Part shown: in pieces, positions 1 through 7,529 of the stretch
How positions within the stretch are numbered: the stretch's first letter is position 1
Layout of the letters: every line of letters begins with the position of its first letter
Source of the DNA: Promethearchaeia archaeon
GTDB lineage: Archaea; Asgardarchaeota; Lokiarchaeia; Sigyniarchaeales; SOKP01
Assembly (NCBI GenBank): GCA_029856155.1
Contig: JAHQWL010000016.1
Location: forward strand, 1-10,115
Length of the DNA: 10,115 nucleotides
Direction of reading: 5' to 3'
Notes under the pieces: model-generated
Database searches by the model: none
The model's input: only the letters and a program-made list of their open reading frames with translations
Told to the model about the DNA's origin: nothing
Translations under genes and position numbers: made by a program

Positions 1-499
1 GATGATTGAGATGAAAATTCTGAGTTTTTCTACAAACTCTCTATTTAATTAATCATGAATTCTATTTAAGGATGATTTCTTTTACTTATTTTCTTTAAAC
101 TTTCATGGTTAGATACTATATCTTTTCTAATTATCAAAAACATTAGTTAAAAAATTCAAATTAGTTATTATAATACAGTTTTGTACTTCAGAAATAGTTT
201 AATGATAAAAACCCTTATCATTCTAGGGATTATTCTTTATTAGTGTATTTACATTTAATTCAATCTGAGAATGATTTTTAAGATAATCATTTATCATATG
301 TTAATACAATTCAAAGAACAAGATTGAAGTTTATGACTAATCAAAATTAGGAAATAATAATTATACCCTTTTTTAATCCAAGCAATAACCAATAAAAATA
401 TAAAAATAATCTCAATTGCAAGCTAATAAATATTCGAATAAAAATTTGAATTTAATGATTTTTTTAATCAAAAATGTTTTGTAATTGAATTAATATTAA

Positions 500-718
500 A
501 ATAAATTCTCACGAAATCCTCAGATTATATCGTTATATCTTGTTGGTCTTGGAAATTCTTTGATAATAAGTTCTTGGATGGCAGTAATTATTGTAATCAT
601 TTCCATAATTTTTTCACATTTTAGAATTTTAGGTGAGGAAAAAAGACTTACTGAACAATACGGTAACTCTTATTTAGAATATAAGAAAAAAGTACCACGA
701 TATTTTTTATTTTTTTAA
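500..718 (+). pseudogene. C-terminal remnant of an isoprenylcysteine carboxyl methyltransferase / PEMT (Ste14-like) membrane methyltransferase
   Basis: Hand translation: KFSRNPQIISLYLVGLGNSLIISSWMAVIIVIISIIFSHFRILGEEKRLTEQYGNSYLEYKKKVPRYFLFF*. It carries the SRNP / EE..L..YG..Y..Y...VPR signature. An in-frame TAA at 497-499 lies immediately upstream and the N-terminal half is absent. Confidence 0.85.
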
Positions 719-731
719 AGAATACATAAAA

Positions 732-947
732 ATGGTGATAAAAATAGAATTTATTCCAAAATTAGAAGTAGGATGGTTTAATGGGGGGATATTTTTAATG
801 ATTCAGGTATTTATACAAGTAAATTTTATATTAATCTGTCCAAAAGAAGTAAAGGTAAGATTATTTGAACAGCGGGGTTGAACTAAAACTCAGATAATTT
901 TTACTGGAATTGGCAAAATTAAAGAAAGACATTGTATTTTATTTTAA
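732..947 (+). pseudogene. N-terminal remnant of a membrane protein, probably a second tandem ICMT/PEMT-family paralog, with an internal nonsense codon
   Basis: Reads MVIKIEFIPKLEVGWFNGGIFLMIQVFIQVNFILICPKEVKVRLFEQRG*TKTQIIFTGIGK..., with TGA at 879-881 (likely from TGG). It has a GGTGA SD. The family assignment rests on recalled resemblance of the P.LE.GW.NG N-terminus and on adjacency. Confidence 0.55.
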
Positions 948-1130
948 TTCATTCCTGAGAATTAATTTCGCAGCATATTCTCCAGATTTATAAACACTAT
1001 TAACCATTGCTCCAGGAAACGTCCATTGTCCTGCTTGATAAAGTCCTTTTATAAATTTTACTTTTTGTTTCCATTGTTTCATCTCATCCCAACCCAAACT
1101 TGCCCCTTTTTGGTTTAATGTATAACGATG
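939..1130 (-). pseudogene. C-terminal remnant of a phytoene desaturase-like FAD-dependent oxidoreductase (COG1233 type)
   Basis: Hand translation: HRYTLNQKGASLGWDEMKQWKQKVKFIKGLYQAGQWTFPGAMVNSVYKSGEYAAKLILRNELK*. It matches the RYTxNxxGAxxGW ... GLYxAGxWTxPGxG...SG..AA signature. An in-frame TGA at 1152-1154 lies upstream and the N-terminal part is missing. Confidence 0.85.
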
Positions 1131-1425
1131 ATTATTCTTTAAATATTCATATCAAATATATGATTCGAAATTTAAATTGTAATTTAATGAAGCCTATTAT
1201 CAATTTTTTTTCTATTCAGTTCATAAAGAGGAATTCGTTTACAGTATTTTTTAATTTTTGACCAATTACTCCATTATCTTTTTATTTCTTAAAAACTGTA
1301 AAATTCTGAAGGTAAAATATTAATAGATTAACTAAAAATTCAAATTGGGATATTTTATCAATTATTATTTTAGTTTCTAAGAATCTCAATTTAAATAATA
1401 TAAGTAACAGTATATCTTACATTGC

Positions 1426-3426
1426 TCATCTATCATGATCTGCGGGACAATTGTCCAGACTCCAGTAAATTAATGGTACATCAGCTAGAAAACACCCTTT
1501 CAGTAATTTTGGCAACAAAAAAAGAATGGAATCGAATGTGGGCCCCCTTACTTTAATTCTATAAGGATATTGTCCCCCATCGCTTACCACATGAAAACAT
1601 AGCTCTCCTCTAGCACTTTCGACAAAAGATATTGCTTCTCCTTTTTGAATTTGATCCATGGGGCTAAATTCCACTTTAATAGGACCACCAGGTAACTTAT
1701 TCATACTTTCTTCTATTAAATTTAAGCTTTTTTCGATTTCTAGTCGTCTTACAAAAACTCTATGGTATACATCTCCATCGTTAAATATTGGCACATCGAA
1801 ATGAAGTTTGTCGTAGGCTGCATATGGAGTTGCTTTTCTCACATCAAATTTTACACCTGATGCCCTAATGTTGGGACCAGTAATATCAGATTCTATTGCA
1901 ATATCACGAGATATTTCCCCTAAATTGATAGCTCTTTTTCTGAAAACTAAATTATCCATAAAGAGGTCATCAAGAATTTTAAGTCTATTTTTTATATATG
2001 ATATTACATTCGGAGCATTTTTTTTAAATTCATCTGAGACATCACACCTCACCCCTCCTGGAATATTATATATTTGATAAATACGACCTCCACATAACGC
2101 CTCAAGGAGGAAAAGTATTTTTTCTCTATCCCCCCATACAAGCCTCGCTACTGTATCAAATCCACTACTATAAGCAACGAGCCCTAAATTAATTAAATGA
2201 CTTTGAATCCTTGATAATTCTGCCTGAATTACTCGTAGATACTTTGCTCTATCTGGAATTTCAAGTTCTAATAATTTCTCTAAGGCATTAACATATCCTA
2301 TTTCATATGATGCTCCATCTAACACACAAATACGTGATATAAGCATTATGTTTTGATACCACGTTCTATATTCAAAGAGTTTTTCAAGTCCTCTGTGGAG
2401 ATACCCCACAATACATACAGCATTGTATATTGTTTCTCCCTTAATATTTAATCTTAGCGAAAAATTACCTGATGCTGGATGTTGAGGGCCAAATGAAAGT
2501 ATCCTCTCATCGGTTCTAACTTTCTTTATGATTGGTTCTACTTTTAAATCATCTGTATTTCTATATTGAATCTTCTTCTTCGTTCTAACTTTTATTTCCC
2601 TCGGCTTATATCCACCTTCGATAGCTAGTATTGCATGGTAGGCAGCAACACCTATTGATTCTGGTCTAGTCGGACATCCAGCGATCCATATATCCACAGG
2701 GATATAATCATCAATCTTTTTTATGGTATTGTAACTATCCCAATATGTTCCTCCTGTCATAGGACAGTTTCCAAGAACCAACACAAATTTAGGTTGAGGC
2801 ATCGCTTTATATATACTAATTATCCTCTTTAATGTTTTATAAGTCACATAGCCCCCTATAAGAAGTACATCCGAATGTAACGGGCTTCCTTTTACAATCA
2901 TCCCAAATCTTTCCATATCAAATCCACTACCAACCCATGGTATTGCTTCTATGAAACAGCATCCAACAAAATAATTTGTTATCCATAAGCTCCTTGAACG
3001 CGCCCAACTTACAATACTTTTCCTCTTTGGTTTTTTAGGATGTTGTAACACTGGTTGTTGAGCCAACATTTCAGGTGTGAAAATTAAATCTTTTTTATTT
3101 GTCGAAATCATTATGGAAAAATTTGTTGTATCAAGAGCTTTTGTAGGACATAAATCGAGACATAGCCCGCAAAAACAACACTTTGAATAATCAATACTTG
3201 GATAATAGACAATTCTTCCATCTTTTTGTCGTTCTACCATATTAATCGCTTTATTAGGACAGATTCTAAAACAAATCCCACAAGATGTACATTTTTCTGG
3301 ATGAAAGATATGCCGTCCCCTAAATTTCTTTGAGATTGGTGACTCTGGAGGAAATTTGAATGTAATCGGTTTTTTTATAAATAGTTTTATCCCTGTTTTC
3401 AATATATTAAATGCTCTCTTAATCAT
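1426..3426 (-). CDS. Fused NuoI-NuoB-NuoD (MbxN-MbxJ-MbxL-like) peripheral arm of a complex I-like / MBS-like oxidoreductase
   Basis: aa 1-~125 form a NuoI-type 2x[4Fe-4S] domain (FRGRH, CTSCGICFRICP, CCFCGLCLDLCP). aa ~137-270 are NuoB-type (SWARSRSLW, GCCFIE, DMERFG, GNCPMTGG, VDIWIAGCPTRPE). aa ~305-666 are NuoD/large-subunit type (FGPQHP, GYLHRGLEK, RICVLD, ELSRIQSHL, GPNIRASG, VESARGE, PYRIKVRGP, SLDNCPADHDR). The frame is continuous and the start overlaps the nuoC stop (ATGA). Confidence 0.95.
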   Translation of the reverse strand: MIKRAFNILKTGIKLFIKKPITFKFPPESPISKKFRGRHIFHPEKCTSCGICFRICPNKAINMVERQKDGRIVYYPSIDYSKCCFCGLCLDLCPTKALDTTNFSIMISTNKKDLIFTPEMLAQQPVLQHPKKPKRKSIVSWARSRSLWITNYFVGCCFIEAIPWVGSGFDMERFGMIVKGSPLHSDVLLIGGYVTYKTLKRIISIYKAMPQPKFVLVLGNCPMTGGTYWDSYNTIKKIDDYIPVDIWIAGCPTRPESIGVAAYHAILAIEGGYKPREIKVRTKKKIQYRNTDDLKVEPIIKKVRTDERILSFGPQHPASGNFSLRLNIKGETIYNAVCIVGYLHRGLEKLFEYRTWYQNIMLISRICVLDGASYEIGYVNALEKLLELEIPDRAKYLRVIQAELSRIQSHLINLGLVAYSSGFDTVARLVWGDREKILFLLEALCGGRIYQIYNIPGGVRCDVSDEFKKNAPNVISYIKNRLKILDDLFMDNLVFRKRAINLGEISRDIAIESDITGPNIRASGVKFDVRKATPYAAYDKLHFDVPIFNDGDVYHRVFVRRLEIEKSLNLIEESMNKLPGGPIKVEFSPMDQIQKGEAISFVESARGELCFHVVSDGGQYPYRIKVRGPTFDSILFLLPKLLKGCFLADVPLIYWSLDNCPADHDR

Positions 3427-3917
3427 TTTCCATCATCTCTTTTAAACTCTGGCATCATTATGTTGAAATTCCTTTTGACATATTTCCTCCAATCAAAATC
3501 CTTTCTAAAGGGAGGTGGACCTATCCAATTTTCTAAGAACAATGGTTTTAACATTTTATTACCCTCAAAGATAATACCGAACATTTCCCATACCTCTCTT
3601 TCGTGCAACGCAGCATTCGGCCATAACTTGGATAAGCTTTCAATTTTTACATTCTTTCTTCGTGGAATACGTGTGGAAACTTTAATATAGATATTCTTGT
3701 TCATAATATGTAAGATAAAAAATATCTCAAATGAATCATCTTTTATCCAGTCCACCGCACTTAAAGTTAATAATCTTCGGAACCCATGGTCTTTGAGGTA
3801 TTTTGCGATATTGAGATAATCCTTTTTCCTAATTTTAAAAAAAAAGATATTTTTATCTTCCATATATTCTAATGAATCCTCTTTAAGTTGTTTTAAAAAA
3901 CTAATTCCTTCAGACAT
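3423..3917 (-). CDS. nuoC: Complex I 30 kDa subunit (NuoC / MbxK-like)
   Basis: Motifs TLSAVDW, LWPNAALHEREVWEMFGIIFEGN and PPFRKDF. A GAGGTG Shine-Dalgarno sequence lies upstream of the ATG. Confidence 0.93.
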   Translation of the reverse strand: MSEGISFLKQLKEDSLEYMEDKNIFFFKIRKKDYLNIAKYLKDHGFRRLLTLSAVDWIKDDSFEIFFILHIMNKNIYIKVSTRIPRRKNVKIESLSKLWPNAALHEREVWEMFGIIFEGNKMLKPLFLENWIGPPPFRKDFDWRKYVKRNFNIMMPEFKRDDGK

Positions 3918-3931
3918 ATAAAATTAACACC

Positions 3932-5440
3932 TCAACTATAAACAGATAAGAAAGAATCTACACATTTACAAATAATACCCCAAATGAATAACGACATAAT
4001 GGATACTAGTAGCATTATAATGAAAAGTGTTACCTCGGACGCTAATATCGTATTGTTTTTTTCTAAGGCATTATGAACTTCTTCTGAAATCTGATTTTCG
4101 GGAACAATGACTATGTTTTTTACTAAAACACCATAATAATAGCCTATAGAAATCACAGTGTTCACTACGATTATAATTGCGAGCATAATCCCCATCCAAC
4201 CAACTTGTTGTGATGATCCAATTGCAGCTTCTATCAGAAATAGCTTACTCCAAAACATAGCTAATGGTGGAAATGCTGCTAAGTAAAATGCGCTTAGGGC
4301 AAATATCATCCCTGCAACTTTCATTTTAGTTCCGATCCCCATCAACTTCTTTATTTCCCTTGTTTTCCCCTCTTTTATAAATGATCCCGCACAAATAAAC
4401 ATGGTCGCCTTTGATATTCCATGATTTAGAATATGAAATATTGTTGCTGCTAGTGCGAAAGGAGTACCTATCGCTATACCTACCATCATCAAACCTATAT
4501 TATAGACACTGGAATAGGCTAGCATTCTTTTTATATCTTCTTGTACTAGTGCAGTTAAATTTGGAATTGTTATAGTTAACGCAGATATTATAAGCAAAAA
4601 GATTACCATTATATTGTCAAAAGATAATAAAATCTCGTTATAAAAGATAGAGACTAATACTTTTATTAATGCGAACATTTCTATTTCAATAACAATTCCC
4701 GAAAGCATTGCACTTACTCCAGATGGAGCTGCTGAATGTGCGTCCGGCAACCATGTGTGGAGTGGAAAGATTGCTGCCTTCACACCAAATCCAAGTACGA
4801 ACATGATAAAAAGGAAATAATAAATGGTAAGGGGTTGATCATTTAATGCACTATTTAATTCTGTCAAATTAGTAGTGCCTGCGATGATGTAGACAAATGA
4901 TAGTGCAAACAACACTAAAGCAGCACCAATTGAGCCCATTATGATATACTTAAATGACGATTCAATAGATTCCTTATTTCTGTAAAAAGCAACTAGAATA
5001 TAAGCGGTAATTGCGAGAAATTCAGTAAACACAAAAAGGGTTATAAGATCACCCGAATATGCTACACCATTTAGTGCCGATATCATTAACAAAAGCAGAA
5101 AATAATATTCTGTTATTCGTTTTTCCTCTAAATAACCAATACTGTAAAGAGATATTATCGTCCCTAGAATGGAGGAAAAAAGTGATATTAATGCAGAAAG
5201 ACCATCAATTGCAATAATCGTTCCTCCAGTATGAAAATCGAGAAGAATTGGAGTAGTCAATGACTCAATAAGATTGCATAAGGAAAAGAACACAACTAGA
5301 AATAAACCACCTGTGCTGATAGCTCCTAATATTGCTTTATTTTCCCGACACTTTCCGGTTATTAAAACTATAATAGCTGTAATTAGTGGTATAATTATGG
5401 GAAATAGATACTTACTTATTAAAAATACTAATTCTGACAT
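3932..5440 (-). CDS. Antiporter-like proton-translocating subunit (MrpD/MbhH / NuoM-N family)
   Basis: 502 aa, highly hydrophobic. Motifs GDLITLFVFTE (TM5 Glu140), ESSFKY, GVKAAIFPLHTWLPDAH (TM7 Lys221), DIKRMLAYSS, FHILNHGISK and PPLAMFWSK (TM12 Lys399). It mixes M-like and N-like motifs, as MrpD/MbhH does. Confidence 0.92.
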   Translation of the reverse strand: MSELVFLISKYLFPIIIPLITAIIVLITGKCRENKAILGAISTGGLFLVVFFSLCNLIESLTTPILLDFHTGGTIIAIDGLSALISLFSSILGTIISLYSIGYLEEKRITEYYFLLLLMISALNGVAYSGDLITLFVFTEFLAITAYILVAFYRNKESIESSFKYIIMGSIGAALVLFALSFVYIIAGTTNLTELNSALNDQPLTIYYFLFIMFVLGFGVKAAIFPLHTWLPDAHSAAPSGVSAMLSGIVIEIEMFALIKVLVSIFYNEILLSFDNIMVIFLLIISALTITIPNLTALVQEDIKRMLAYSSVYNIGLMMVGIAIGTPFALAATIFHILNHGISKATMFICAGSFIKEGKTREIKKLMGIGTKMKVAGMIFALSAFYLAAFPPLAMFWSKLFLIEAAIGSSQQVGWMGIMLAIIIVVNTVISIGYYYGVLVKNIVIVPENQISEEVHNALEKNNTILASEVTLFIIMLLVSIMSLFIWGIICKCVDSFLSVYS

Positions 5441-5441
5441 A

Positions 5442-7526
5442 TTAACTCAGCTTCACCAACGCATATATAATAACAAGGGATAAAAATATACTGATAACAT
5501 AATAAAGCAAATTTAAATTTATCTTTCCAGTGTGGAATTTTCTTATATAATCACCACTCTTTCTAACACTATACGCAAGCCTGCAATAAAATTTATCAAT
5601 TGATTGATGAAAGTTTTTTGTGGCATTTCCTAATTTAGTAATCCTTTGGCCAATACCGTGATAAAGCTTATCAATTGATTGATGGAAGTTTTTTGTGGCA
5701 TTTCCTAATTTAAAAATCCCTTGGTAGAATGAATAATAAAGAGGATTAAAGATCACTCGCTTATTTAACAATTTATGTATATCCTTTATGAGATATTTTG
5801 ATGTTATAGCACGAGTAGAGATTTTTCTTGTGAAATAGAAAGGATAGGTTATTAATAAGCCCGTTATAAGTAATATAACAATTATATAAGTACCAATAGA
5901 CAACCATGTATTAGAAAGGAAATAAAATAGTTTATCAAATGAGATCTCCAGTGGAATACTTCTAGATATAAAATTAATAATAGTAGGGTAAAAAAAGATT
6001 AATCCAAAAGATAAAGTGGCTAAAATAATTAGAGGAACTGTCATTATGGAGGTAGGCTTGTGTATTTTTTCCATTGTCTCGATTTTTTTAATTTTCTCAC
6101 TCTCGGTCCCAAAAAATATAAGCCCAATCATTCTAAATATATATAGGTTAGTTAGGAGAAATGTCACGATAAATAGAATAGTAATCCATGCAGGGAGAAC
6201 AAATATTTCGTTAACTATAAGTTGAATGCTGAAATATCCCACCAATGGAGGGATTCCAACAATCGAAAATGCTCCTATCATCATTAAGATATAAGTCTTT
6301 TTCATATATTTTCTAAGAGAGCCCATTTCATAGACATTTTTGATACCTGTTGAGTGTATTATTAAGCCAGAACTTAAAAAAAGAAGCGATTTAAATATGC
6401 TATGTGCGAGGATAAAAAGAACACCTGCAACAAATGCTGAATAATTAAGATAGAGACCTGCAACACCGAATATAAAGAATATGTATCCCAACTGATTTGA
6501 AGTCGAAAAAGCAAGAATTTTCTCTAGATCCCTCGCTACTATTCCATAAACACCAGTCAATATAATAGTTATTAGTCCGCATATAATCGCAATTTCAAAT
6601 ATTAATGAGAGCTCAGAAGCAGCCGATAAAGAATATAAGTCATAATTTATTAAAAAGAGCCTGCCAAGTATATAAACACCTGCATTTATTGTAGTCGCGG
6701 AATGCATTAATGTGGAAGCAGTTATAGGCCCAACTGTCGACTCAGGAAGCCAATCATGAAATGGGAACTGAGCACTTATTGCGAGAGAACTTGAAATTAT
6801 CAATATTGAAAATAGAGGAAGGATTCCAGCATTTAAAAGTTTAGTTACCCAACAATTATCTTTACTAAGAGTCAAAAAATTTAAAGTAGGATGACCAAAA
6901 GAATTCATAGTAGCGAATTCGAGTAAAATAATTGCAACCTCCATAAAGCAACCAGCGATAAGTATAGTTATTAGTGCCTTAGTTCCACAGTGTCTATTAT
7001 ATTTTCCATCAGTATCAAAACTAGGAACCGGACTTGGGTTTGTTTTTTTATACCAGAATGAGATTAGTCCCCAATTACAAAGACTGACCATTAGAAATGC
7101 TAATAGCATTTCAATAAAATTATTCGATAATACCAAAAGAAACATAGAACCTAATGAGAAATTCATCCAGAACCAATATCGCCCTAAATCGATTTCTTCA
7201 CGCATGTATCCCAAGCTATAGACAAAAATCAAAATTGAAATAAATGCGATAATAATTATTATAAATACACTAAACTCATCAATTAATATACCAAATTCTA
7301 CATAAGCTACTCCAAAACCGTAAAATAAATTGAATGTGTCTTGGTGGGGGAGAGATAGTGGAAATGAGATCATATCATATAAAATTTTTAAAGATAAAAG
7401 AAAACACATAATTGAAATACCTAACGAAAAATATCCGGCGTATGACTTATTCCTCTTCGCAATCCCATATGCTATAAAGGAACCAATTAATGGAATTAAC
7501 CATATAGCCCAAACTTCTATATATAT
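5442..7526 (-). CDS. nuoL: NuoL/MrpA-family antiporter-like subunit with degenerate pumping residues and an extended lateral helix; start probably ATA at 7526 (the track calls ATG at 7409)
   Basis: Motifs FVYSLGYM, SAQFPFHDWLP, MHSAT, KILAFST..QLG, HSIFKSLLFL, GIPPLVGYFS and FHTG followed by a terminal TM helix. The frame stays open upstream of 7409 to 7529 and reads IYIEVWAIWLIPLIGSFIAYGIAKRNKSYAGYFSLGISI, a typical NuoL TM1 plus start of TM2. The family is secure; the exact start is less so. Confidence 0.88.
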   Translation of the reverse strand: MYIEVWAIWLIPLIGSFIAYGIAKRNKSYAGYFSLGISIMCFLLSLKILYDMISFPLSLPHQDTFNLFYGFGVAYVEFGILIDEFSVFIIIIIAFISILIFVYSLGYMREEIDLGRYWFWMNFSLGSMFLLVLSNNFIEMLLAFLMVSLCNWGLISFWYKKTNPSPVPSFDTDGKYNRHCGTKALITILIAGCFMEVAIILLEFATMNSFGHPTLNFLTLSKDNCWVTKLLNAGILPLFSILIISSSLAISAQFPFHDWLPESTVGPITASTLMHSATTINAGVYILGRLFLINYDLYSLSAASELSLIFEIAIICGLITIILTGVYGIVARDLEKILAFSTSNQLGYIFFIFGVAGLYLNYSAFVAGVLFILAHSIFKSLLFLSSGLIIHSTGIKNVYEMGSLRKYMKKTYILMMIGAFSIVGIPPLVGYFSIQLIVNEIFVLPAWITILFIVTFLLTNLYIFRMIGLIFFGTESEKIKKIETMEKIHKPTSIMTVPLIILATLSFGLIFFYPTIINFISRSIPLEISFDKLFYFLSNTWLSIGTYIIVILLITGLLITYPFYFTRKISTRAITSKYLIKDIHKLLNKRVIFNPLYYSFYQGIFKLGNATKNFHQSIDKLYHGIGQRITKLGNATKNFHQSIDKFYCRLAYSVRKSGDYIRKFHTGKINLNLLYYVISIFLSLVIIYALVKLS
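5586..5724. repeat. 75-bp-period tandem duplication inside nuoL (lateral helix)
   Basis: The 45-bp cores at 5593-5637 and 5668-5712 differ at one base, and the similarity extends into the flanks. Both encode KLGNATKNFHQSIDK. Confidence 0.97.
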
Positions 7527-7529
7527 CTC

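Noticed and set aside
266-296. Fur-box-like sequences
   Set aside because: The matches are imperfect and expected by chance in such AT-rich DNA, and no target gene is visible.
1-496. Possible ORFs or RNA genes in the left flank
   Set aside because: Only very short frames without motifs are present, and I found no tRNA, rRNA or GC-rich structured segment.
879-881. In-frame TGA as selenocysteine or Trp recoding
   Set aside because: Several operon genes end in TGA and Trp is encoded by TGG where I checked. The gene is also truncated, so a TGG to TGA nonsense mutation is the simpler explanation.
1426-2500. Group 4 [NiFe] hydrogenase large subunit
   Set aside because: Both CxxC metal-binding motifs are CxxD, so only two of four Cys ligands remain, and there are no maturation genes in the window.
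5586-5724. CRISPR-like repeat-spacer-repeat
   Set aside because: There are only two copies, the period is a multiple of three, it lies within a coding frame, and similarity continues through the apparent spacer.
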